In this document: in pieces, positions 39,634 to 48,937 of the stretch
Numbering within the stretch: position 1 is the stretch's first letter
Layout of the letters: the number at the start of each line of letters is the position of its first letter
Assembly: GCA_963664195.1 (NCBI GenBank)
Contig: OY760907.1
Location: 512,001-576,000 of the forward strand
Length of the DNA: 64,000 nucleotides
Origin: an uncultured candidate division Zixibacteria bacterium
GTDB lineage: Bacteria > Zixibacteria > MSB-5A5 > GN15 > FEB-12
Direction: 5' to 3'
Notes under the pieces: generated by a model
Seen by the model: only the letters and a program-made list of their open reading frames with translations
The model's database searches: none
What the model was told of the DNA's origin: nothing
Translations under genes and position numbers: made by a program

Positions 39634-41280
39634 CTATATCGGGCACACCAGGGCGCCGAGACGTTTAGTCAGCTTGACGTTTTCTGAGTAATCAACCGGA
39701 CAGTCTATCACTACCGGCTTGTCTATCTTGAAGGCCTCGGTGAGCACTTCCTGGAGATTATCACCCTTCTTCACGCGGATACCGACCGCACCGTAGGACT
39801 CAACCATCTGTATCCAATCAGGGTTGCCGAAACGAGTACCAAAAGCGTGTCCGAACTTGTTCCTCTGCTTCCATTCGATCAGACCAAACGTACCGTCGGA
39901 CCAGATCATATTCACCGTGTTGGTGCCAAGTCTAACGGCCGTTTCGAGTTCCTGCACATTCATCAGGAAACCGCCATCGCCGGAAACGGTAAGAATCTTG
40001 CGGTCCGGGTAAAGCAGTTTTGCCCCGATTCCACCCGGCAGCGCGATTCCCATGGCGGCAAAACCGTTGGAAATCAGGCAGGTGTTTGGCGCGTACACGA
40101 GATACATGCGCGCAATCCACATCTTGTGGGCACCCACGTCGGAGATCAGGATGTCATCCGCTCCCAGAACGTGTCGGACATCGTGTAGAATCTTCTGCGG
40201 CTTGTACGGAAACTCGGTGCTGTCGTCATGTTCGTGAATGTCGCCAAGTATCCGATCACGGTGCTTGGCGGCAAAGTCGCCGCAACTCCTATCGAAATCC
40301 TCATCGATGAGTTCGTTGAGTTCCCACAACGAAGAAGCCAGGTCCCCGACAACCTCAAGCTCCGGGTTATACCAGGTGTCAACTTCGGCGGACTGGAAGT
40401 CGATATGGATAATTCTCTTGTTACGCTCAGGATTCCAGAATTGGGGAGAGTACTCCACGATATCGTAACCCAACGCTATCACCAGGTCACACTCGTCGAA
40501 AGCGCACGTCACGTGATCTCGACTCTGGAGGCCTATCGTATACAGATTCCGCTCGTATTTGATACCGGCGGCACCTTTGCCCATGAACGTATTGCACACC
40601 GGGATGCCGGTTTTTTCGAGGAAGCTGCGCAGCTGTTTGGTGGCGCTCTTGCGAATCGCCCCGTTTCCCGCCAACAACAGCGGTTTTTTGGCGTTCCTGA
40701 TCATTTCAAAGGCGGCCGCAACGGCTTTGTGATCGGGAGCGGGACGACGCACTTTGCGGACATCGAAGAATACGGGACTTTCGCATTCCTGATCGGCGAC
40801 GTTCTCCGGGAATTCGAGGTGCGTTGCCCCCGGTTTCTCGGCTTCGGCAACTTTGAAGGCCTTGCGCACTGCCTCGGTGACCATATCTGGATGGTTGATC
40901 GAGGTATTCCATTTGGTAATCGGCCGGAACATCGACACAATATCAATATACTGGTGCGATTCTTTGTGCATCCTGAGCGTATCCGCCTGACCGGTGATCG
41001 CAACCAGCGGGGCACGGTCCAGGTACGCATCAGAAACGGGTGTCACAAGATTCGTCGCACCGGGACCAATGGTTGCCAGGCAGACACCGGGGTGTCCGGA
41101 CAGTCGGCCGTAGATATCGGCCATGAAACCGGCACCCTGTTCATGTCGGGTAAGAACAAACTCTATGTCTGATTTTCGGACCGCCTCAAGGAAGTCAATG
41201 TTCTCCTCTCCGGGCACACCAAAAATATAACGGACACCCTCACGTTCGAGAGCTTTTACAAAAACCTCAGATGCATTCAT
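39634..41280 (-). CDS. ThDP-dependent acetolactate synthase-like enzyme (2-oxoglutarate decarboxylase-like clade)
   Basis: PGEEN, RHEQ, GPGATN, ESHQ, DVGAHKMW, SNGFAAMG and GDGG motifs. Confidence 0.9.
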   Translation of the reverse strand: MNASEVFVKALEREGVRYIFGVPGEENIDFLEAVRKSDIEFVLTRHEQGAGFMADIYGRLSGHPGVCLATIGPGATNLVTPVSDAYLDRAPLVAITGQADTLRMHKESHQYIDIVSMFRPITKWNTSINHPDMVTEAVRKAFKVAEAEKPGATHLEFPENVADQECESPVFFDVRKVRRPAPDHKAVAAAFEMIRNAKKPLLLAGNGAIRKSATKQLRSFLEKTGIPVCNTFMGKGAAGIKYERNLYTIGLQSRDHVTCAFDECDLVIALGYDIVEYSPQFWNPERNKRIIHIDFQSAEVDTWYNPELEVVGDLASSLWELNELIDEDFDRSCGDFAAKHRDRILGDIHEHDDSTEFPYKPQKILHDVRHVLGADDILISDVGAHKMWIARMYLVYAPNTCLISNGFAAMGIALPGGIGAKLLYPDRKILTVSGDGGFLMNVQELETAVRLGTNTVNMIWSDGTFGLIEWKQRNKFGHAFGTRFGNPDWIQMVESYGAVGIRVKKGDNLQEVLTEAFKIDKPVVIDCPVDYSENVKLTKRLGALVCPI

Positions 41281-41618
41281 AGTCGGTCCATCCTCCCCGC
41301 CCCGATGGGGGTTGTGTTTCTCTTTCGATTATACCAGTCTCAAGGTCCATTTTCAAACCTTTTTGCGAATCCGTCAGAGATCGAATAGAATAGAATTCGT
41401 AACCTGCCGAAGTATGGGGCGGTTCCCATATCTCTATGGGACCAATCCTCAGAACTCTCTCAAAGTTTCGTTTTTCGCGCTCTGCAATGCTGAAATCGCG
41501 TTTTTAAGTGCCACTTAAGTGCTAACGCAACAACACCTTAATCCAGTCGCAGCCATGGCGATGGCATTTCCGACCGGCTCGGCACAGGATTTACAACGCT
41601 ACAAGCAAAACGAGGAAT

Positions 41619-41999
41619 ATGCGTATGAGATTGCAAATGTTGAAGAAACTGAAGAAGCAGGACGGGATTTCCCTCCTGGAAGTATTGGTGGCCATGATCA
41701 TTCTGAGTTTCTCGCTCATGTTACTGGTGAATATGGCCATGATCGCCCTTGACGGAAACGACTGGTCAAACAAGACGACCCTGGCGACTCAGCTTCTCCA
41801 GCAGAAGCTCGAAGAGATCCGGGCCTCCTCGAATTTTACCAGCGGCTCGGACACCGCCTCGGGCGTGTCCCGATCCTGGACCGTCTCCAATGCCGGAAAT
41901 CACCTTCGCCAGATCGACGTTACCGTCAACTGGGAAGATATGCAGGCGCGAACCAGATCAAACTCAATCACGGCGTACGTACGCTCGGATTCGGTATAG
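41619..41999 (+). CDS. Minor pilin, PilV-like
   Basis: KQDG|ISLLEVLVAMIIL; ATQL...KLEE. Confidence 0.87.
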   Translation: MRMRLQMLKKLKKQDGISLLEVLVAMIILSFSLMLLVNMAMIALDGNDWSNKTTLATQLLQQKLEEIRASSNFTSGSDTASGVSRSWTVSNAGNHLRQIDVTVNWEDMQARTRSNSITAYVRSDSV

Positions 42000-42008
42000 G
42001 AGCCCGCC

Positions 42009-42839
42009 ATGAAGAGAATGAATACAAGACTCACTCAGCAGACCGGTACGAGTTTGATCGAGGTGCTTATTGCCCTCTTTCTGACCGGCATCATTACCAT
42101 GTCTATCATGAAGCTGTATACGACACAGCACAACAACTACATCGTGCAGGATGACGTTACGGCAATCCAGCAAAATGCGCGGGCCTCAATCGACGAATTG
42201 ACCCGTCAGATCAGAATGGCCGGGCATCAGCTTCCGGCTGGACTTGATGCCATGGAATTCGCAAATACCGATCCTGATACGATTACCATCACCTACCGCC
42301 ACGACGGCTGCGACAACTACCTGTCGTCACCGATGCCACAGCCGTCGTCCGAATTGAAGTGCGGTGCAGACGTCTCCTGTTTGGAAGACGGCCAGTGGGT
42401 ATACATCTTTGATCCTGACTCAGGCGGCGGGGAGTTCTTTGAGATCACGCACGTCCAGACCGGATCGAATCATATCCAGCACAACACCATGACGCTGTCC
42501 AGAGCCTACGACGCCAATGCGATTATCCTATCGATGAACCGCGTGAGGTTCTACGTGGACAACACGACCGACCCGGATCATCCGGCGCTTATGATGGAGA
42601 CTCTGCGTCACGGTCCGCAGATATACGCGGATAACATTACCGACTTGCAGTTCCGGTATCGGCTGACCAACGGCAACATCGTCGATGTACCGGCACTTGC
42701 TGAGGACGTTCGCGAGGTGTTGATTTCCGTCTCGGGTCGCGGGAATAACCCGGACTACGAGTTATCCACCGACGAAGACGACTACTATCGCTCGCGCACC
42801 TACAGTTCTTCCGTCAGTTTGAGGAATGTTGGCCTCTAG
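42009..42839 (+). CDS. Minor pilin, PilW-like
   Basis: QTG|TSLIEVLIAL; QQNAR...IRMAG; LQFRY; LRN near the C-terminus. Confidence 0.87.
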   Translation: MKRMNTRLTQQTGTSLIEVLIALFLTGIITMSIMKLYTTQHNNYIVQDDVTAIQQNARASIDELTRQIRMAGHQLPAGLDAMEFANTDPDTITITYRHDGCDNYLSSPMPQPSSELKCGADVSCLEDGQWVYIFDPDSGGGEFFEITHVQTGSNHIQHNTMTLSRAYDANAIILSMNRVRFYVDNTTDPDHPALMMETLRHGPQIYADNITDLQFRYRLTNGNIVDVPALAEDVREVLISVSGRGNNPDYELSTDEDDYYRSRTYSSSVSLRNVGL

Positions 42840-42887
42840 GCGGCTGATAGAAGACTACTACAATAGGAATTCAAAGGCAGGTATATT

Positions 42888-44537
42888 GTGAAAATCAAGA
42901 GACTCAACTCAGAGAGCGGCTTTGCGACCCTGATCGCGTTGATCATGATGGGCATGTTCATGTTGATCGGCGTGGCCATCCTGTCGACTTCTGACGACGA
43001 GATAACGGTCGCCGGCAACGAAATGCAGGAAATGCGTGCATTCTACGCCGCTGAATCAGGACTGGAAGCGGCCGCTGCCAGTCTCAATGAAGAATATGAC
43101 AGCACCGGTGCTCCGCCGACGGTTCTTCCTTCGGGCACGGACAGTATGAATTTCGCCGAAGTTGTCTATTCCACGACCGATGACGGTGCCGCATCTCAGC
43201 GCCAGCTCTCGGTCGGAGCTCTGGCAGGATTGCACGCGCTGGTGAAATCGTTTACGATGACGTCAACCGCCACGAGTACGATTGACCGCGCCACGGTTCA
43301 AGTGTCCCAATCGTTCGAGACTGCTCTCGTGCCGATTTTTCAGTTCGCTGTCTTCTACGGCAAGGATCTGGAAATCGCACCGGGACCGGATATGACGCTC
43401 ATCGGACGCGTCCACTCAAACGGCAACCTGTATATTCAAGCAGGTAACACGCTCAAGTTGGACAGTTATGTCACGGCCTCCGGCAATATCATCCACGGGC
43501 GCAAGGGGCCGGGAGGCGTAAGCAACGGCGATGTCCTTATCAAGGATGCCGACGGCAACTATGTCTCCATGAAGGACGGCAGTGACTGGATGGATGCCAC
43601 TCATTCTGACTGGTACGATTCCTCAGCGGCTCGCTGGGACGGTCGCGTGCAGGATGCCGCTCACGGTCAGGGCGAGCTGAATCTGCCGTTAACGAATTCC
43701 GATGACCCGCACGCGCTCATTGAGCCTGCCGCCGGCAATCCTGATTCATACGAGAATCTTGCAACCTTGAAAATCGTCGACGGCGTGGCCACTCGCCAAA
43801 TGTCCGACGGTACCTGGCAGGATGTCACGGCTGCAATGGTGGCCGACGGAGTCCTGTCGTACACCGTCAATAAGTTCTATGACAAACGTGAAGGCAACAA
43901 CGTCGATCTCACCGAACTTGATGTCGAGGCCATGTACGACCACGGTTACGCCCCCAGAAACGGCGTGGCATATTTCTCCGATGAGAGCACGTCAGGTACG
44001 GAATGGCCGGCCATCCGACTCACCAACGGAGCAGAACTTGACGACGGTCTGACCTTTGTCAGCGAAAACCCGCTTTATACCCTGGGTGACTTCAACTCCA
44101 TTAACAAGAAGCCGGCCTCGGTCATGGCGGACGCCGTCACGTTCTTGTCCAACGCCTGGGATGCCGGCGGCTATGATGCTAAAGGATCGTGGGACAAGAG
44201 CCAACGTCCGGCCTCTGCAACCACCGTCAATTGCTCGTATCTGACTGGTAATGTTGAGACAACAAGCACTTCATACAACGGCGGTTTTGAGAACCTTCCG
44301 CGTTTTCTGGAGAACTGGTCCGGCAGAGCATTCAACTGGAGCGGCTCGGCTGTGAATCTGTGGAACTCTGTCCAGGCCAACGGCACCTGGACTGGCGCAG
44401 CCTACTCTCCTCCGATCCGTAACTGGCAGTATGACACCAATCTGGATGACCCCAACAATCTCCCTCCGGAGTCACCGGTTGTGCGCGTCTTCCAGCGAAC
44501 CGGATGGAAACAGGAATACGTCGCTTACACGGAATAG
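42888..44537 (+). CDS. PilX N-terminal domain protein with large C-terminal domain
   Basis: ESG|FATLIAL (no Glu5), RAFYAAESG, GRVHSNG and GGFENLPRFLENW. Confidence 0.87.
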   Translation: MKIKRLNSESGFATLIALIMMGMFMLIGVAILSTSDDEITVAGNEMQEMRAFYAAESGLEAAAASLNEEYDSTGAPPTVLPSGTDSMNFAEVVYSTTDDGAASQRQLSVGALAGLHALVKSFTMTSTATSTIDRATVQVSQSFETALVPIFQFAVFYGKDLEIAPGPDMTLIGRVHSNGNLYIQAGNTLKLDSYVTASGNIIHGRKGPGGVSNGDVLIKDADGNYVSMKDGSDWMDATHSDWYDSSAARWDGRVQDAAHGQGELNLPLTNSDDPHALIEPAAGNPDSYENLATLKIVDGVATRQMSDGTWQDVTAAMVADGVLSYTVNKFYDKREGNNVDLTELDVEAMYDHGYAPRNGVAYFSDESTSGTEWPAIRLTNGAELDDGLTFVSENPLYTLGDFNSINKKPASVMADAVTFLSNAWDAGGYDAKGSWDKSQRPASATTVNCSYLTGNVETTSTSYNGGFENLPRFLENWSGRAFNWSGSAVNLWNSVQANGTWTGAAYSPPIRNWQYDTNLDDPNNLPPESPVVRVFQRTGWKQEYVAYTE

Positions 44538-44560
44538 TAGTCTCACAGTAATCTCGTAAC

Positions 44561-44593
44561 AAAAGAAGCCCGCCTGGTAGGCGGGCTTCTTTT
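44561..44593. terminator. Bidirectional intrinsic terminator
   Basis: AAAAGAAGCCCGCC-tggta-GGCGGGCTTCTTTT between convergent genes. Confidence 0.88.
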
Positions 44594-44608
44594 GTGATCG
44601 CATCTAAG

Positions 44609-47020
44609 CTATCGAATGTCAATGTCGAACGGCATTCGCGCAAACACTGATTCCTCCTCAGAGACCGGCAGCGAAGCCGGAATCACTTCCGACGGTTCAT
44701 GCCCGCCTGTCAGAATCGAAACGAGCGAGCCGATGAACGGAATCTTCGGTGCTATAAACCAGGGTCGTTTCCGCGGCAATATCTCGACCCGGTACTCTTT
44801 GAATCCCAGTTCACCGGCAAGGTAGTCGAGCGCCTGCTTGATGCCGCCTGTTTGATCGGCGAGACCGTTGACCGTGGCCTCACGGCCGGTCCAGACCTTG
44901 CCCCGGCTCAGACAATCCACAGAATCCTCCGGCAGATTCCTGTTCTCGGCCACAAGATCAACGAAGTGACCGTAAAATGATTTCAAGTGGGAGTGATATT
45001 TCTCGCGCTCTTCGTCGGTAAACGGACGCGTGTTGGTCAGCATGCCGGCGTACTTGCCTCTGGTATACAGCTCCTTGCCGACCTCGATCTTCTCAAAAAG
45101 CCCACTGAAATCCGCCTTGCCTCCGTAGATGCCGATCGACCCGGTGACCGAAGCCGGATCCACGAAGATTCGTTCGGCAGGCATCGCCACATAGTATCCC
45201 CCCGAAGCGGCCACATTACCCATCGAGACAACGAAGGGTTTGCGCTCGGCGGCCGTAGCGGCGGAGTGGTACACCTGCTCGCCAGCTATGGCTGCCCCTC
45301 CGGGCGAGTTCACACGAAACACGATGCCCTTGATACCCGGATCATCTTTGGCCACCGCAAAAGCTCTCGCCATAGACGCAGGGTTAACACCGGACGCGTT
45401 CGGGCTGACGTTTCCCTGCCCGCCCCGAATCTCACCCTCGGCCACAACAACAGCCAACGTCGGGGCCGTATTCCAACTGTCGTTCAAGAGCGTATCGGTT
45501 TGGTAGCTACGAAACGTCAGTTCAGGCATCGTGCGAACAAACTCACGATTAACGCGATCCCGATAGCAGAGACCGTCGACAAGACCAAACTCCAGCGCCT
45601 CTTCGGACGTAAAGGGACCGTTGTCAATGATTGCCTTCACAGAATCTCGGGACAGTCCGCGACCATCAGCAATCGAGGAAACAAACTGATCGTACAAATC
45701 GTCGAGCAGATGATTCACCTGCTCTCGGTTTTCCTCGGTCGCGGCTCGTCGGGTGTAGGTCTCCGCTGCGGTCTTGTATTCTCCCACACGGAGGATTTCC
45801 ATCTGAACGCCGAGCTTGTCGAGCGTTCCCGCCCAGAAAGTCAGCTCCGCGCGAAGCCCCACCAATCGCAATTGACAGACCGGCGGGATCAGGATGGAGT
45901 CGGCTGCCGAGGCAACGAAATAGGCAACGTTGTTCGGGGAGCTTATGTGACAAATGACCGCTTTGCCCTCGGATTTGAAATACGTGATGGCCTCGCGCAA
46001 CTCCTGGGCCTGTCCGAGTCCAAGCGAAAGCGACCGGAGATCAAGCAACATCTCGCCGATTACCGGATCGTCAGCCGCCCGATAGATCGTTGTGATAAGA
46101 TCGAGAAACGGGGTACGTTTTGCACCAAACACCGGTCGGGGCGGATTCTCGGCAGGCCGACCTGAAACAGCCACCGTCAGGCGTCGTTTTGTCTCTTTGA
46201 GTATAGACGGCTGCCGGTGATTGGTGGCACCGACAAAAACGGTAGTCCGCCCGTTGTGTCCCTTTTTGTCGAAGGAGCTGCGTGAACCAACGAAATACTT
46301 AAGCAGGTTTGCACGAACACCAAACTGGAAATTCCGATCGGAGTCTACAAAGGCATTCACATACAGACCGGGCTTCAGAATATACTCTGCATGGTATTTG
46401 AATTCCGCATCTTGAAGGCTGTTTCTGGATGACAGGAACATGTCCGCCGAAACGGTGAGCCGTGTGCCCGAAGGCCTGTATGACACGCTGTACTGTTGCT
46501 CCACCGCCGACCGTCGACCACCGATTTTGCCTCGGTTGAGGTTCGACCAGACTGCTCCCAGAGACCACGGTCCTTTGCCGCGACTCCCCAACCCTATTGT
46601 CCAGAAGTGACGGTTGTCGTAAATGCCCGGCCCCGATCTGAAATACCGGTAGGAAAGCCCGACAGTCAGCGAGTTTCCCATCCCCATGCCCATCGCGGCA
46701 ACCCACTCTTTATAGTCTTCTCCGTCCGGATTTTCAATCCGCCTATACGCCGTGGTGAACCGATCCCGGTACAACACCCAGCCCCAGCTCTTGGCATAAT
46801 CACCGTTCTCATAGTCGGCCATGAGCTGAAAGCCGGAAACTCCATAGCGCCCGAGACCCGCAGGGTTCGTCCACGCGGCTTCCGAGCCAAATACCGAAGC
46901 GGCCGGCTGATAGTAGAAAACGTCATCAGGGATAGGAATGCGACGGTCCGTCTCGCCCGCCAGGACCGAAAGGCCAACTATCAGAACCGTCAGAAACGCA
47001 ATCGATAGAACTCTTGTCAC
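44609..47020 (-). CDS. sppA: Signal peptide peptidase SppA (double S49 domain) with N-terminal beta-strand domain
   Basis: VGEYKTAAE, RVNSPGG, AASGGYY, TGSIG and GKVWTG; GTG start with signal peptide. Confidence 0.92.
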   Translation of the reverse strand: MTRVLSIAFLTVLIVGLSVLAGETDRRIPIPDDVFYYQPAASVFGSEAAWTNPAGLGRYGVSGFQLMADYENGDYAKSWGWVLYRDRFTTAYRRIENPDGEDYKEWVAAMGMGMGNSLTVGLSYRYFRSGPGIYDNRHFWTIGLGSRGKGPWSLGAVWSNLNRGKIGGRRSAVEQQYSVSYRPSGTRLTVSADMFLSSRNSLQDAEFKYHAEYILKPGLYVNAFVDSDRNFQFGVRANLLKYFVGSRSSFDKKGHNGRTTVFVGATNHRQPSILKETKRRLTVAVSGRPAENPPRPVFGAKRTPFLDLITTIYRAADDPVIGEMLLDLRSLSLGLGQAQELREAITYFKSEGKAVICHISSPNNVAYFVASAADSILIPPVCQLRLVGLRAELTFWAGTLDKLGVQMEILRVGEYKTAAETYTRRAATEENREQVNHLLDDLYDQFVSSIADGRGLSRDSVKAIIDNGPFTSEEALEFGLVDGLCYRDRVNREFVRTMPELTFRSYQTDTLLNDSWNTAPTLAVVVAEGEIRGGQGNVSPNASGVNPASMARAFAVAKDDPGIKGIVFRVNSPGGAAIAGEQVYHSAATAAERKPFVVSMGNVAASGGYYVAMPAERIFVDPASVTGSIGIYGGKADFSGLFEKIEVGKELYTRGKYAGMLTNTRPFTDEEREKYHSHLKSFYGHFVDLVAENRNLPEDSVDCLSRGKVWTGREATVNGLADQTGGIKQALDYLAGELGFKEYRVEILPRKRPWFIAPKIPFIGSLVSILTGGHEPSEVIPASLPVSEEESVFARMPFDIDIR

Positions 47021-47021
47021 G

Positions 47022-48077
47022 CTATTCTCCCTGGATACCACGAACGTAGATATTCCCCTTACCCGTGATTGACCCGCTGATATCAACTGCCCCTTCTCCA
47101 ACCAGCAGATTCAACCGATTGTCCTGCACCAAATCGGTAGTGAACGGAAACCCGGAGGCGCTGATCTCACCGTCATCATCGACCGCCAGAGAGAGAAACG
47201 CCGAGAATGTATCGGGTATCGTCACCTCGATATCTTCGTCACGGTTGATCACCACAAGCTGTCCCTCCGGCATGCTGCGAATATCGAGAATAATCGGTGC
47301 CGACAGGCCACGTATAATACTACCGGAGCCGGTCGGCTCGAAATCGACCACGTTAATGCGGCCGAATCGATTGCGGATATTAACACTGCCGGAGACCTTC
47401 CGGATATCGATGTCGCCGCCGTCGTTGCGAATTCTGGACTGTCCCTCGGTACAGGAAAGAGAACGAGCGACAATAGTGGAATTCGAGGTTGTAGCAGATA
47501 CCCTGCCTGAAATATCGTCGAGGACAATGCGACGATTGGCCGTTTGAATGTCCAGACTTTTCGCCACAGAACTGATCGAGAGCCTGCCAAGCGAAGATGG
47601 AATACTGACCGACTCAAGCGGCCCCTCGGCGACAATGTCGAAATACATAGCGTCGATTTCGACGCCTATCCCGGCGGGCAGTACTATCTGCGCCACGATC
47701 ATGCCGGACTCTGCCCGTTTTGCCCAGGGCGCCGGGTTGGGCGCATGCAGATCTACGTGGATTTCTTCGTGAACCACGGTCAATTCGACTGAAATCAAAT
47801 CTATATAATCAATTGCGCGTGACCGATTGTCAGTCTTGGCCTGTTTCGTGAAAACGATGCTTGCCGTTTCGTCTTCAGACACAGTCACCCTGATATCCCC
47901 GGAAAGGTTGACCGCCGACCGAATGATCGCTCGTTTGGCTCCACCCGCAGATTTCTTGATACCGATTTGATCGGTGGAAAAGAGACCGGCCTCCACGCGA
48001 GAGACTTCCTGAGAGAACACACTGCCCGCAAGCAGCAGCACCAGCAGTGCTATACTCGTTTCGAATCTATATCTCAT
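47022..48077 (-). CDS. Exported DUF4097-like beta-strand repeat protein
   Basis: Signal peptide; repeated G-x-V/I-x-I-x-T/N-x-x-G-x-I units. Confidence 0.7.
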   Translation of the reverse strand: MRYRFETSIALLVLLLAGSVFSQEVSRVEAGLFSTDQIGIKKSAGGAKRAIIRSAVNLSGDIRVTVSEDETASIVFTKQAKTDNRSRAIDYIDLISVELTVVHEEIHVDLHAPNPAPWAKRAESGMIVAQIVLPAGIGVEIDAMYFDIVAEGPLESVSIPSSLGRLSISSVAKSLDIQTANRRIVLDDISGRVSATTSNSTIVARSLSCTEGQSRIRNDGGDIDIRKVSGSVNIRNRFGRINVVDFEPTGSGSIIRGLSAPIILDIRSMPEGQLVVINRDEDIEVTIPDTFSAFLSLAVDDDGEISASGFPFTTDLVQDNRLNLLVGEGAVDISGSITGKGNIYVRGIQGE

Positions 48078-48874
48078 CTGGTCCTCCGGTGCCTGTAGCG
48101 GTAGCACTCTCTCATAAGTATCGACCCGGCAACGGCAGTATTTAAGGACTCAATGGCCGGCTCATGATTCAGTCGCACCGCAAAGTCTGCCGCCGCAGCA
48201 ACCTCGGGTGACACGCCCTCAGCCTCCGATCCGAGTGCCAACAGCAGTTTCTTACCCTTCGCCCGGTCGAGCGTTCTGGCTATGTGATCCTGACCGTGAA
48301 CATCGCCGGTAATCAGTTTCCACCCATCATCTTTGACCGTCTTCAGGACCTCCACCGTATCAGCAATTGCTATCTTGATACCAAACACCGCTCCAACTGA
48401 GGATCTCACTACTTTTGGCGCATACGGCTCACACGAGTGACCGGCCAGTACGACCAGATCAAAACCAAAAGCAATTGCCGACCGAATCAACGTCCCGGCA
48501 TTCCCGGGATCAGACAGGTTCTCACACAGTAGTATGTTACGCATCTTGCTGTCATAAAGTTCGGCCAGTTTGGCAGATGGAACCGCAAAGACAGCCATGA
48601 TCCCCGGCGAGGTTTCGGCATCGGCCATTCGATCTATCTCTTTGGCGGACACTTCGAGAACGTCTATCTTGTTCTTCCGGGCACGTCCGATCAGGGTCGC
48701 ACCCCGTGGTGAAAGAACTGCGGGGCAGGCGTACAGTTTCTCCGGCTTAGCACCCAGACGAAGGCTCTCTTCGAGCAACCTCACACCCTCGGCAACAAAC
48801 AGCCCGTGGGTCCGACGACCCTTCTTCGTGCGGAGAGAACGCACTTTTTTTATTTCCGCTTGACTGAGCGACAA
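48074..48874 (-). CDS. TrmH/SpoU family RNA 2'-O-methyltransferase
   Basis: FVAEG, DPGNAGTLIRSA, GSEAEGVS and ESLNTAVA motifs. Confidence 0.93.
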   Translation of the reverse strand: MSLSQAEIKKVRSLRTKKGRRTHGLFVAEGVRLLEESLRLGAKPEKLYACPAVLSPRGATLIGRARKNKIDVLEVSAKEIDRMADAETSPGIMAVFAVPSAKLAELYDSKMRNILLCENLSDPGNAGTLIRSAIAFGFDLVVLAGHSCEPYAPKVVRSSVGAVFGIKIAIADTVEVLKTVKDDGWKLITGDVHGQDHIARTLDRAKGKKLLLALGSEAEGVSPEVAAAADFAVRLNHEPAIESLNTAVAGSILMRECYRYRHRRTR

Positions 48875-48937
48875 ACTTCATTACCCTCAACAAATAGTGG
48901 TGGCATCAATGAACCTTTTTTCAGACTGTTTAGGCAA

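Noticed and set aside
44987..46165. Long antisense ORFs (here and opposite secA, lon, gyrB, GH57 and the ALS-like gene)
   Set aside because: They are shadow frames of well-supported genes in GC-rich DNA.
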